A DNA stretch of 64,000 nucleotides from Flavobacteriales bacterium (GTDB taxonomy: Bacteria > Bacteroidota > Bacteroidia > Flavobacteriales > BACL11). The stretch lies in NCBI GenBank assembly GCA_028122735.1, contig JAOHSR010000003.1:10543-74542 (forward strand). Reading direction: 5' to 3'. The first letter of the stretch is position 1. Each line of letters opens with the position of its first letter. The notes beneath the pieces were generated by a model. It searched no databases, had not been told where the DNA came from, and saw only the letters and a program-made list of their open reading frames with translations. A program made the position numbers and the translations under genes. This document shows, piece by piece, positions 40,006-50,644 of this stretch.

Positions 40006-41232
40006 ATGAAAAATTATTTTAAAGTATTTATAATCTTATGTGTTTTTGTTTTTGCTATTTATAGTCTTCTCAAAAAGAATCATGAAAGTATAGACGCTAA
40101 CTACGTCGAAGAGACTAACGATCCTATATATAAATATGGGATTTTAGTCGATACATTTAATATTTCAGAAGAAAGAGTAAATGAAGGTCAAACTTTAGGT
40201 GAGATATTATATTTTAACCATATTGATCATCCACAAATTGCTGAAATTGTAAATAAATCTAAAGGAATTTTTGATGTTAGAAGGGTTAATTCAGGTCAAA
40301 AATATACGCTTATCAACTCAAATGATTCTTTATCTAAATTGTGTTATTTTATTTATGAAGAAAACGCAACAGACTACATCGTTTTTGATTTTATTGATGG
40401 AATTAATATTTTTAAGGGTAAGAAAAAAGTTACAACAAAACTTAAGATTTCACAAGGAATAATTAATTCATCACTTTCAGAGACTATTGATAAACTTGGG
40501 ATTAGTCCAAGAGTGTCTATTAAATTATCAGAAATATATGCATGGACAATTGATTTTTTTAAGATACAAGAAGGTGATGCATTTAAAGTTTATTATGAAA
40601 ACAATTATATTGATGGGGAATATATAGGAATTGGTAGAATATTAGCAGCAGAATTTACTCATAAGAATCAAAAATTTTACTCTTTTTATTATAAAGAAAA
40701 CGAAAATTATGGAGAATATTTTGATGAATCAGGACGAACTTTAAGAAAGGCTTTTCTAAAGGCTCCACTCGATTTTTATCGTATTAGTTCTCGATACAGT
40801 CGCAACAGAAAACATCCGGTTACTGGTCAGTGGAAGGGGCATTTTGGAACCGATTATGCAGCCCCTAAAGGAACTCCTATTATGACAACTGCAAATGGAA
40901 CTATTGTCACTGCAAGCTTTACACGTAATAATGGAAACTATGTCAAGGTAAGACATAATGGTACATATAGCACTCAGTATTTACACATGTCTAAGATAAA
41001 AAGGGGAATTAAAAAAGGTGTTTATGTTAAACAAGGAGATATCATAGGATATGTTGGAAGTACTGGATTAGCTACCGGACCACATGTTTGCTATAGATTC
41101 TGGAAGAATGGAAAACAAGTTGATCCATACAAACAAAAACTTCCTCCAGGAGATCCTATCAGTAAGGATAATAAAAATGAATACATATTTGTTAAGGATA
41201 GCTTAATGAATATTCTTAATAGTAATATATAG
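40006..41232 (+). CDS. M23 peptidoglycan DD-endopeptidase (MepM-like)
   Basis: RISS, HFGTDYAAP, YLH, ATGPHVCYR. Confidence 0.9.
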   Translation: MKNYFKVFIILCVFVFAIYSLLKKNHESIDANYVEETNDPIYKYGILVDTFNISEERVNEGQTLGEILYFNHIDHPQIAEIVNKSKGIFDVRRVNSGQKYTLINSNDSLSKLCYFIYEENATDYIVFDFIDGINIFKGKKKVTTKLKISQGIINSSLSETIDKLGISPRVSIKLSEIYAWTIDFFKIQEGDAFKVYYENNYIDGEYIGIGRILAAEFTHKNQKFYSFYYKENENYGEYFDESGRTLRKAFLKAPLDFYRISSRYSRNRKHPVTGQWKGHFGTDYAAPKGTPIMTTANGTIVTASFTRNNGNYVKVRHNGTYSTQYLHMSKIKRGIKKGVYVKQGDIIGYVGSTGLATGPHVCYRFWKNGKQVDPYKQKLPPGDPISKDNKNEYIFVKDSLMNILNSNI

Positions 41233-41239
41233 TTGCTAT

Positions 41240-44200
41240 ATGAAAAATATAATTTTTCATAAATTATATTTAACATTAGGTTTTTTTTTAATTATAAATA
41301 ACGCATTTGCTTTTGATGGGTTTATAAAAAACAAAGGCCAGTTTCCAAATCAAGTCCTCGCAAAAAAGAAAATAAATGGTGGCGCACTTTTTGTTGAGCA
41401 AGGGAAGATGGTTTTTTCATTTTACAATCAAAAACAACTTAAAAAATTTCACGATAATAAAAATAGAGATAGTAAAATAAACTTTCATTCATATAGTATG
41501 ACATTTAGAAATATTTCTAAGAATATTTCTATAAGTTATAATAATAAATATGATTATGTAGAAAATTATTATTTAGGAGAAAAACAAAACTGGGCTAGTA
41601 ACGTACCAATATTTAATGAACTTTTACAAGAAAACATTTATAAAGGAATAGACTTAAGAATATATAATCAACATGAAAATTTAAAATATGATTTGATTCT
41701 TAGTAAGAGCGCTGATGTTAATGAAGTTATAATGAAATATCAGCAAGTCGAGTCACTAACTTTAGTAAATGGTAGCCTGCTAATTCAAACTTCGGTTAAT
41801 ACTATAAATGAAATGCGCCCCTATGCTTATCAAATTATAAACAACGATACAGTTGAAGTAAAATGTGATTATGTTGTAAAAAAGCATACTGTAGGTTTTA
41901 AGTTTCCAAAGGGATTTAATCCAAATTATTCGGTTGTAATTGATCCAACTTTAATTTTTTCAACATACTCGGGATCTATTTCTGATAATTTTGGATACAC
42001 TGCAACTTATGATAACAAAGGTTACTTGTATTCTGGAAGCACAGCCTTTGGAGTTGATTACCCTGTTACTTTTGGCGCATATCAACAATCTTTTAAAGGG
42101 GGTATTACTGATGTTGCAATTACAAAATATGATACCTTAGGAACCTCAAGAATATACTCTACTTATTTAGGTGGTTCTTTAGACGAATTACCTCATAGTT
42201 TAGTTGTGAACTCCAATGACGAACTTTTTATACTTGGAACAACAGGTTCCTCTGACTTTCCTGTTACTCAATTTGCATTTAATAGTGTTTTTTTAGGTGG
42301 AAACAGTTTTTTCCCAACAGGATTAGGCGTAAGTTTTGCTAATGGATCTGATATTTTTATTTCAAGATTAAGTTCTAATGGTGGCTCACTATTATCCTCT
42401 ACATTTTTAGGTGGAAGTGATAATGATGGCCTTAATACTTCTTCTAAATTAAGCTTTAATTATGCTGATGAAATTCGTGGTGAAATAGATGTTGATAATG
42501 ACAACAACGTTTATATTGCTAGCTCAACTCTATCCCCTGATTTCCCTACATCATCAAATTCATTTCAATCTTCATTGCAAGGCTCGCAAGACGGCTGTAT
42601 TGTTAAGATGGATAATCAACTATCTACTATTATTTGGTCTTCTTTTATTGGAGGTGATAATGATGATGCCCTTTATTCTTTAGCAATTGATAATTCTAAT
42701 AATATTTACCTTACAGGGGGAACTGTATCTATAAACTTTCCCACCACATCCTTATCATACAATCCTACATATAATGATTCTATTGATCCAGATGCATTTA
42801 TATCAAAAATTAATCCCTCTGGCTCGCAAATCTTGAGCTCATCATATTTTGGTTCGGAAAACTACGATCAATCTTATTTTATTGAGCTTAATAATGATAA
42901 TATGGTTTATATTTTTGGACAAACTCAAGCAGATTCTTTATCTCTTGTCAAAAACTCTAATTATTATACTATAGGTGGGGGACAATTTATATCAATCTTT
43001 AATAACGATATAAGTCAGCTCATACAATCTACTATGATTGGAACAGGTAATGGAAGTCCTGATATTTCTCCTACTGCATTTTTAGTTGATAAATGTAATA
43101 ATATTTATATTTCAGGATGGGGCTCAAACTTAGGGGGTTCCTTATCCACTCTTAATCTTCCAATTACATTTGACGCACATCAAAACACTACAGATGGAAA
43201 TGATTTTTATTTAGCCGTAATAAATGAAAATTTAGACAGTCTTGAGTATGCTACATATTTTGGAGGAAGCCTAAGCACAGAGCATGTTGATGGAGGAACA
43301 AGTAGATTTGATAAGAATGGAGTTGTTTATCAGTCTGTATGTGCTGGTTGTGGAAATAATAATGACTTTCCAATTTATCCTAATCCTGGAGCTGTTTCTG
43401 CAACCAATAACAGTACTAATTGCAATAATGCTGTTTTCAAATTTGACTTTAAAAGACCTATTGTTGTTGCAAATTTTTCATCTCCCATATTAAACTGTAC
43501 ATCATATGTAGATTTTGTAAATACTTCATCAACAAATCAACTAAATAATGTTGTATATTATTGGGACTTTGGGGATGGGAATTTTTCAAATTCCATTAAT
43601 CCAATTCATCAGTACCAAAGCACAGGTGTTTATGATGTCAAGTTAATTGTCGCTTCACCACAAGCTTGTAATATTTCTGATACTATATCTAAATCTATAT
43701 ATGTCTTATCAGGAACCAATGATTCATTGCCAACTATAACTAAATGCCCATATTCGTTGACTCAAATTGGCTTACCATCTATTAATGATTCAAATCTTAT
43801 ATTTAGTTGGACACCTTTAGTTGGTTTAAATAATAGTAATACTTCAAATCCATTTTCATCATCAGACACAAATATTATTTATCAATTAATTATTTCAGGA
43901 AATCAATGCAATGATACTTTGACTCAGCAAATTATTGTTAACAATATTATTACAGACTTTCCAGAAGATACTTCATATTGTAATACACCAATACTTTTAA
44001 ATATTAATCCTATAGATAATCTCACCAGTATATTATGGTCATCAGATAATTTGTTTTCTGATACTCTTTCTGATCAATTAAGTTTTACCGCATCATACCC
44101 CCAAAAAGTTTATATAAAAGCAAATGATAGCCTTTGTTCAGTAATTGACAGTGTTTCGGTACTTGCCGATCTGATTGATGTTGAAATTGATTCAGACTCA

Positions 44201-44929
44201 CTTGTTTGTTTTGCTGATACTGCAATTCTTTCTGTAATCAATAACACACCAATTAATCCAATTATTTCATATAATTGGCAACCATCTGATTTTGATGTTT
44301 ATAATTTAGACTCATCTGTTGTTAAAAAAAAGCTCTTATCATCTATATGGTATTCTTTGGAAGTAGTTAATAGCGCAGGTTGTAGTATAAAAGATTCTGT
44401 TTTTATTACATCATTTCCACTACCTATTTTAGATTCTTTATGGGCAAATCAAGATAGCCTCATTGTCGGCTCAACAGCTATAGTAAATGCTATCTCAAGT
44501 GATTCTTTAATTTGGTTTGATAATAGCTCTTTGTCACAAATCTCATTCCAAGCTAATTTTTCAAATTGGCACGATATTTCTATTTTTAATTCTTATTGTC
44601 TTATTAAAGATTCCATTTATATTTATGTAAGGGATTTGTTCTGTAATGAAGATAGTATAATTATTCCAACTGGTTTCACACCAAATGATGATGACATAAA
44701 TGATGTTTATAAAATACAGAATAATGGAGTGGATATCATCAATTTTGAACTAATGATATTCAATAGACTTGGTCAGCTTGTTTACAGTTCGAACAATATA
44801 AATAATTCATGGGACGGAATGTTTAAGGGAAATAAACTGTTACCCCAAGTACTTGATTTTTATTTAGAGATGACTTGTTATGGAGGAAAAGTTTTTTTTA
44901 GAAAGGGAAATATAACACTAATAAAATGA
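41240..44929 (+). CDS. T9SS type B cargo protein (SBBP-like propeller repeats, PKD domain, gliding-motility C-terminal domain)
   Basis: FIKNKGQ, IDPTLIFSTYSG, STYLGG repeats, WDFGDG, PTGFTPNDDDIND...IFNRLG...WDG...KGNITLIK. Confidence 0.88.
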   Translation: MKNIIFHKLYLTLGFFLIINNAFAFDGFIKNKGQFPNQVLAKKKINGGALFVEQGKMVFSFYNQKQLKKFHDNKNRDSKINFHSYSMTFRNISKNISISYNNKYDYVENYYLGEKQNWASNVPIFNELLQENIYKGIDLRIYNQHENLKYDLILSKSADVNEVIMKYQQVESLTLVNGSLLIQTSVNTINEMRPYAYQIINNDTVEVKCDYVVKKHTVGFKFPKGFNPNYSVVIDPTLIFSTYSGSISDNFGYTATYDNKGYLYSGSTAFGVDYPVTFGAYQQSFKGGITDVAITKYDTLGTSRIYSTYLGGSLDELPHSLVVNSNDELFILGTTGSSDFPVTQFAFNSVFLGGNSFFPTGLGVSFANGSDIFISRLSSNGGSLLSSTFLGGSDNDGLNTSSKLSFNYADEIRGEIDVDNDNNVYIASSTLSPDFPTSSNSFQSSLQGSQDGCIVKMDNQLSTIIWSSFIGGDNDDALYSLAIDNSNNIYLTGGTVSINFPTTSLSYNPTYNDSIDPDAFISKINPSGSQILSSSYFGSENYDQSYFIELNNDNMVYIFGQTQADSLSLVKNSNYYTIGGGQFISIFNNDISQLIQSTMIGTGNGSPDISPTAFLVDKCNNIYISGWGSNLGGSLSTLNLPITFDAHQNTTDGNDFYLAVINENLDSLEYATYFGGSLSTEHVDGGTSRFDKNGVVYQSVCAGCGNNNDFPIYPNPGAVSATNNSTNCNNAVFKFDFKRPIVVANFSSPILNCTSYVDFVNTSSTNQLNNVVYYWDFGDGNFSNSINPIHQYQSTGVYDVKLIVASPQACNISDTISKSIYVLSGTNDSLPTITKCPYSLTQIGLPSINDSNLIFSWTPLVGLNNSNTSNPFSSSDTNIIYQLIISGNQCNDTLTQQIIVNNIITDFPEDTSYCNTPILLNINPIDNLTSILWSSDNLFSDTLSDQLSFTASYPQKVYIKANDSLCSVIDSVSVLADLIDVEIDSDSLVCFADTAILSVINNTPINPIISYNWQPSDFDVYNLDSSVVKKKLLSSIWYSLEVVNSAGCSIKDSVFITSFPLPILDSLWANQDSLIVGSTAIVNAISSDSLIWFDNSSLSQISFQANFSNWHDISIFNSYCLIKDSIYIYVRDLFCNEDSIIIPTGFTPNDDDINDVYKIQNNGVDIINFELMIFNRLGQLVYSSNNINNSWDGMFKGNKLLPQVLDFYLEMTCYGGKVFFRKGNITLIK

Positions 44930-45870
44930 GACGAATAATTATAATATTTGTTGTGTGTCTCTCTCAATTACATGCACAAGATCCCCATTTCTCTCAATTT
45001 AATACGGCTAAGCTGAATCTTAATCCCGCATTATTTTCATTTATATCTAGTGATTATCAAACTCTTTTACATAGAAAATCTCAATGGAGTTCGGTTGCTG
45101 ATCCATTTAAAACATTAGCAATTTCTTTTTATGCAAAAGAGTATTATAAGCAGCTATCGTTTGGTTTTAATTTTATTCATGATGAATCTGGACCTTCAAG
45201 TTTTAATACTACGGGAATAAATACATCTATTTCAAAAATTATTATTAATAAATCTAATTCACTTATATCGGTTGGCACATTAATTGGAGCCTATCAAAGA
45301 TCTATTGATTACTCCTCAATTATTTTTTTAGAGGAAGAGCAATTATTTAATGATAATTTGTTTTTTTTAGATTTTGCCGTAGGAAGTGTTCTTTCACAAA
45401 AAATTAATAATAAAACTATGCTTGAATGTGGACTCTCATCCTATCACTTAAATCAATCACAACAGTCTTTCAACAGTAATGTAGAATCTAAGATGCCAGT
45501 TAAGTTTAATACATATTTAATAAGTTCACATAAACTAAGCTCGGATTTTTTATTAAATACTCTTATTTTTTATTCTGTTCAGCAAAATATAAGCGAGTTA
45601 CTATATGGAATAGATTTATTGTCACCAATTGACAATAAGTTTTTAGACGAAATTTTGGTTGGGCTTGTAATTAGAGATAATGATGCTGTTATACCAAAAA
45701 TTGGATTTGTTTTTGAAAAATTTAATATGCTTTTAAGTTATGATATTAATATTTCAAAATTATCTAAAGCATCAAATAACTTTGGTGGTTTAGAATTTTC
45801 ATTAATATATTCTTGGAATAAGAATAAATCTGTTTTAGAAAAAAAATATTTATGTCCAAAATACTTATAG
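44926..45870 (+). CDS. PorP/SprF-family T9SS outer-membrane protein
   Basis: AQDPHFSQF...LNPA, R-SQW, SYD, GGLEFSL; directly follows a type B cargo gene. Confidence 0.88.
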   Translation: MRRIIIIFVVCLSQLHAQDPHFSQFNTAKLNLNPALFSFISSDYQTLLHRKSQWSSVADPFKTLAISFYAKEYYKQLSFGFNFIHDESGPSSFNTTGINTSISKIIINKSNSLISVGTLIGAYQRSIDYSSIIFLEEEQLFNDNLFFLDFAVGSVLSQKINNKTMLECGLSSYHLNQSQQSFNSNVESKMPVKFNTYLISSHKLSSDFLLNTLIFYSVQQNISELLYGIDLLSPIDNKFLDEILVGLVIRDNDAVIPKIGFVFEKFNMLLSYDINISKLSKASNNFGGLEFSLIYSWNKNKSVLEKKYLCPKYL

Positions 45871-47258
45871 CACTTTTTCTTTTTGTTACATTTTCTTTAA
45901 AATCCCAAATAGACATATCTATTCTTAAAGGATCAGTTAATTCTATAAATTCAGAATTAGATTTTTATCAAATTGATGATACTACAGCTTTTTTTACATC
46001 GTCATTCTTTAACGGAAATAAGCAGGTGTCAGAGATTTTTGTCTCAAAAAAGAATGGTGAAAACTGGGATAGAGAGATATTCAAAAGCTTAAATTTTGAA
46101 AACTATGCCTCTGGAAATATAACTTATAATAAAAGAAAAAACCATATTTATTTTACTTTATGTGATGACTTTAATAGTTGTGATATTTATTTATATAAAG
46201 ACGGTAGAGCCGAAAATTTATCTAAAAAATATCCAGATGTTTTTATTTCTAATTATAACTCTCAACCTAATTTTTTTTCAATAAATCAGCAAGATTATCT
46301 GTCTTTTACATCTAACAGAAACGATGGATTTGGCGGTTTAGATATCTGGTTTTTATTAATTAATAAAGATGATGGCTTAGGGATGCCTTTAAATGCTGGG
46401 AAAAATATAAACTCCTCTGCTGATGAAATTACACCATTCTTTGATGTAGAAAAAAACACACTATTCTTCAGCTCTAATGATAGCAATTTTTCAATCGGTG
46501 GATTTGATATTTTTCACTCTAAAGGCATTCCAAATAACTGGTCGCTTAAAAAATCTTTGTCTGATTTTAATTCTAAAAACGATGAGATTTATTTTGAGTA
46601 TTATGATAATTATTCAGGTTATTTTTCCTCTAATCGACCAAATGAAACTAATAATTATTGTGATAGCTGCTGTACTAATATTTTTACCTTTAAGATTCCC
46701 AAAATTATACAGCCAATTGATTCACCCTCATTATATTCAGAATTCCTTCCTTTAAATTTATATTTTGATAATGATTCTCCTGATATTGATAGTTTCAATT
46801 TTTCACCTGTAAACTATAAAGAATCTTATATTAATTATTTTAAGAAGGCAGATGAATACTCTAATTATAGTTCTAAAAACAGTTTGTTTTTCGAGGACTC
46901 ATTAAAAGGAAATTTTAATCAGCTAAATAAGCTACTTCACCAATTACATCATGATCTTGAGAGTGGTTATTTTATCGATATAAAAATAAAAGGGTATTCC
47001 AGTCAGCTTGCAGACAGCACTTACAATATCGAACTTTCATCTGTAAGAATAAAATCATTAATATCTTATTTTTTGTTATTTCAAAATGGATTTTTAGCTC
47101 AATTTTATTACGACAATCAGCTTAAAATTAACGAGGTTCCTCTTGGTGAGTCGCAAATAAAATCACAGCCTACCCAGAACATTAAAAAAAGTATTTATGG
47201 TATTGATGCGATTCTTAATAGAAAAGTTTCTGTTTTAAAGATCGATCGTTATAAATAA
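45852..47258 (+). CDS. PorE-like protein (PD40 repeats plus OmpA-like C-terminal domain)
   Basis: FTSNRNDGFGGLDIW, INSSADEITPF, GGFDIF, LYFDND, YNIELS-VR. Confidence 0.72.
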   Translation: MSKILIALFLFVTFSLKSQIDISILKGSVNSINSELDFYQIDDTTAFFTSSFFNGNKQVSEIFVSKKNGENWDREIFKSLNFENYASGNITYNKRKNHIYFTLCDDFNSCDIYLYKDGRAENLSKKYPDVFISNYNSQPNFFSINQQDYLSFTSNRNDGFGGLDIWFLLINKDDGLGMPLNAGKNINSSADEITPFFDVEKNTLFFSSNDSNFSIGGFDIFHSKGIPNNWSLKKSLSDFNSKNDEIYFEYYDNYSGYFSSNRPNETNNYCDSCCTNIFTFKIPKIIQPIDSPSLYSEFLPLNLYFDNDSPDIDSFNFSPVNYKESYINYFKKADEYSNYSSKNSLFFEDSLKGNFNQLNKLLHQLHHDLESGYFIDIKIKGYSSQLADSTYNIELSSVRIKSLISYFLLFQNGFLAQFYYDNQLKINEVPLGESQIKSQPTQNIKKSIYGIDAILNRKVSVLKIDRYK

Positions 47259-47848
47259 GAGATAAAACTCACTAACATAAATACCCCTAGCAAAAATCCA
47301 GAATAGATTTGTCGCATATTGTGTGCTTTTAAAATAGCTCTTGAGTATCCTAAGAAACCAGAAAGTATTAGTATTAGAATTACATAATTTATCAACCCAC
47401 CGTATATATATTGTAAGTTAAGAAAAACACCCCAACACCCTCCTATTGCCGCCATGTGTAAACTAATTTTCCAATATTTTGTTATAAATAGTGTTATAAC
47501 AAGCGTAGTAATCATACCCAAATAAATAGACTTTACAATAGGAGCATACTCAAGTATGCTATTAAGAAAATAATATCCAATAAGCATCCATATTATTGTA
47601 ATTAGAATTGGTAGAATTCTTTCTTCTTTTTCTTCTATTTGTAAGCTTTTAATTCTTTTAGTAAACAACAAATAAAGGATGCTTAATAGTGGAAACAAGA
47701 GTGTAAAAATCACAGTGCCTATTATTATAATGTTTAATTGATTTGACAGAATAATAACATTCAGAAACTTTGTAGATATTATTGCAAGTGTAAGTGTAGG
47801 TATAAAAACAGGGTGTAGTAGTCTTGAAAGTAATTTCGCTAGAAGCAT
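47249..47848 (-). CDS. PAP2-like integral membrane protein
   Basis: Several TM helices; KISLH, SR...AH...QIY-G motifs. Confidence 0.7.
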   Translation of the reverse strand: MLLAKLLSRLLHPVFIPTLTLAIISTKFLNVIILSNQLNIIIIGTVIFTLLFPLLSILYLLFTKRIKSLQIEEKEERILPILITIIWMLIGYYFLNSILEYAPIVKSIYLGMITTLVITLFITKYWKISLHMAAIGGCWGVFLNLQYIYGGLINYVILILILSGFLGYSRAILKAHNMRQIYSGFLLGVFMLVSFISYL

Positions 47849-49185
47849 TACAGTTTTCTTCTAAATTTAGAAATTGGAATTTTAAGTTCTTCTCTATATT
47901 TTGCAACTGTTCTTCTAGCAATATGATAATCTTCTTTTCCTAGTAGCTCACAAATAACTTCATCTGTGTACGGTTTTGTTTTATCCTCACCTTCAATAAT
48001 ATCTATTAATTTCTTTTTAATTTCTTTTGTTGATATTATATCACCATTATCCTTTTTATACGCCTCAGAAAAAAAATCTTTTAGCAAGAATGAACCAAAA
48101 TTTGTCTCTACATATTTACTGTTTGTGACTCGCGATATGGTTGATATATCCATCTTTATAATTTCGGCTATATCTGCTAGTTTCATAGGCTTTATATCAT
48201 TCTCCTTTCCACTTGTAAAATAATTTTTTTGAATTTTAACGATAGTCTCCATAACATCTTTTAGAGTTTTATTTCTCTTTTTCAATGCATCTACAAACCA
48301 TTTTGCCTTTTCTATTTTCGTTTGTAAAAAATCTTTAGTTTCTGCATCTGAGGTTTCTTTTAAAAGTTTTTCATAATATTTATTAACAGCAATATTTCTT
48401 TTGTTTGGATTATTTAGATTAACGCTAATACCATCTTCACTATTTTTTAAAGAAAAATCAGGAACTACATACTCTGTATTTTCCTTATTTATAGAAAAGC
48501 TACCTCCTGGAATAGGATTTAGAGTTTCAATTTCTTTATATACACCTGCTAATTCTTTTTCTGAAATTTTTAATTCTTTAATAATTTTTTCAAAATTTTT
48601 ATTTGAAAATTCATGATAGTAATTTCTAAGGATTTCTATACTAATAGATTTATAGACATTATCTTTTCTTTCTAGCTGAATAATTAAACACTCTTGCAAA
48701 TCTTTCGCACCAACGCCTGCTGGGTCAAAGGATTTTAAAATATTTAATGTGTCATTTAGTTCTTGCTCTGAAATTAATATGTCATTTGCAATAAAGTAGT
48801 CATCAATAATAGCATTATGTCTTTGCATTAGAAATCCATTATTATCTAGGCTATCAATTAGATACTCTAACAGTTCAACCTCTTTATCACTATTGTTAAT
48901 TCCAACAACTTGTTTATGAAGAAAGTTAGATAGTGAGTCAACATTACCTGTTATATTATCTACTACAAAATCAAGTTTACTGTTTTTGCTTTTGTAATGA
49001 AAATTTTCTTCTTTATTATCTATGCTTTCTGTATCATCAGACTCTTCTAGCGTTGGGTTTTCTTCTAGCTCCTCCTCAATTCTTTTTTCTAAATCTACCA
49101 CAGGAATTGCTAGCAAGCCTAAAAATTGTATTTGTTGAGGGCTTAGCTTAAATTTTTGCCTTAATATTTGATGTTGTCTTTGCAT
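47848..49185 (-). CDS. rpoN: RNA polymerase sigma-54 factor
   Basis: LSPQQIQ, DPAGVGA, STISR, RpoN box ARRTVAKYRE. Confidence 0.97.
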   Translation of the reverse strand: MQRQHQILRQKFKLSPQQIQFLGLLAIPVVDLEKRIEEELEENPTLEESDDTESIDNKEENFHYKSKNSKLDFVVDNITGNVDSLSNFLHKQVVGINNSDKEVELLEYLIDSLDNNGFLMQRHNAIIDDYFIANDILISEQELNDTLNILKSFDPAGVGAKDLQECLIIQLERKDNVYKSISIEILRNYYHEFSNKNFEKIIKELKISEKELAGVYKEIETLNPIPGGSFSINKENTEYVVPDFSLKNSEDGISVNLNNPNKRNIAVNKYYEKLLKETSDAETKDFLQTKIEKAKWFVDALKKRNKTLKDVMETIVKIQKNYFTSGKENDIKPMKLADIAEIIKMDISTISRVTNSKYVETNFGSFLLKDFFSEAYKKDNGDIISTKEIKKKLIDIIEGEDKTKPYTDEVICELLGKEDYHIARRTVAKYREELKIPISKFRRKL

Positions 49186-49187
49186 TT

Positions 49188-50630
49188 TTAGAACTCTGCA
49201 TTCTGCGGTGTTCTTGGAAAAGGAATGACATCCCTTATGTTTTTCATACCTGTTATAAACATCATTAGCCTTTCAAACCCAAGGCCAAATCCACTATGAA
49301 CACATGTTCCAAACTTTCTTGTTTCTAGATACCACCAAAGTTCTTTTTTATCAATATTCATTTCCTCCATACGAGAAACTAATTTCTCATAATCTTCTTC
49401 TCTTTGAGATCCACCAACCATTTCCCCGATCATTGGAAATAGAATATCCATTGCTTTTACAGTTTGATCATCATCATTAGACTTCATGTAAAAGGCTTTG
49501 ATTTTTTTTGGATAGTCCGTTATTATAACAGGTTTTCTAAACTTCTTTTCTACTAAATATCTTTCATGTTCTGATTGAAGATCATCGCCAAAACCACTTA
49601 TTAAAAACTGAAATCTTTTTTTCTTATTCGGCTTTGAATTTCTTAAGATATTTATTGCCTCAGTATATGTTATTCTTTCAAACTTATTGTTGATTACAAA
49701 ATTTAAGCGATCTATTAGACTCATTTCTGATCGCTCTTCTTTTTTTAAGTTTTTTTCTTCATTTTGTAGTCTTTCGTTTAAGAATTCAATATCATTCTTA
49801 TAATTCTCCGCGCAATAATTAATACAATATTTAAGAAAATCTTCTGCCAAATCCATATTGTCATCCAAGTCTGCAAAAGCTGTTTCTGGCTCAATCATCC
49901 AGAATTCAGATAGGTGTCTTGATGTATTTGAGTTTTCTGCTCTAAATGTTGGCCCAAACGTATATACTTTTCCTAAAGCAAGCGCCCCAAGTTCTGCTTC
50001 CAGTTGTCCGGAGACAGTTAGGTTTGTTTGTTTTCCAAAAAAATCTTTAGAAAAATCAATATTCCCCTCTTCATTTTTTGGCATTTTATTTAAATCAAGA
50101 TTTGTTACCTGAAACATTTCCCCAGCCCCTTCAGCATCTGCTCCAGTAATAATTGGAGTATGAATATTTAGATAACCCTTAGAATTAAAATAATTATGTA
50201 TTGCAAATGTAAGAGCATGTCTAATTCTAAATACCGCTGAAAATGTATTTGTCCTGAATCTTAGATGTGCCTTTTCTCTTAAAAACTCCAAACTATGTTT
50301 TTTTGGTTGTAGTGGGTATTCTTCAGGATCTGCTTTGCCCAAAAGCACTATTTCATTAGCAATTATTTCAATGTTTTGTTCTTTTCCTTCAGATTTTTTA
50401 ATTTCTCCAAAAACCTTTATACATGCCCCTGTATTAATTTTTTTTAACTCATTTTCTTTAAATTTAGAAGCCTCAGCAACTATTTGAAGATTTTTAATTG
50501 TTGAACCATCATTTATTGAAATGAAAGAGACATTTTTGCTTCCTCTTTTGGTTCTTACCCAGCCATTAATTTCAGTATTTTTATTAATCTCAAGGCCCTT
50601 AATTATATCTTGTATGCTTAAATATTTCAT
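49188..50630 (-). CDS. asnS: Asparagine--tRNA ligase
   Basis: [43 protein letters not shown]. Confidence 0.97.
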   Translation of the reverse strand: MKYLSIQDIIKGLEINKNTEINGWVRTKRGSKNVSFISINDGSTIKNLQIVAEASKFKENELKKINTGACIKVFGEIKKSEGKEQNIEIIANEIVLLGKADPEEYPLQPKKHSLEFLREKAHLRFRTNTFSAVFRIRHALTFAIHNYFNSKGYLNIHTPIITGADAEGAGEMFQVTNLDLNKMPKNEEGNIDFSKDFFGKQTNLTVSGQLEAELGALALGKVYTFGPTFRAENSNTSRHLSEFWMIEPETAFADLDDNMDLAEDFLKYCINYCAENYKNDIEFLNERLQNEEKNLKKEERSEMSLIDRLNFVINNKFERITYTEAINILRNSKPNKKKRFQFLISGFGDDLQSEHERYLVEKKFRKPVIITDYPKKIKAFYMKSNDDDQTVKAMDILFPMIGEMVGGSQREEDYEKLVSRMEEMNIDKKELWWYLETRKFGTCVHSGFGLGFERLMMFITGMKNIRDVIPFPRTPQNAEF

Positions 50631-50644
50631 TTGAATCTTACTTA

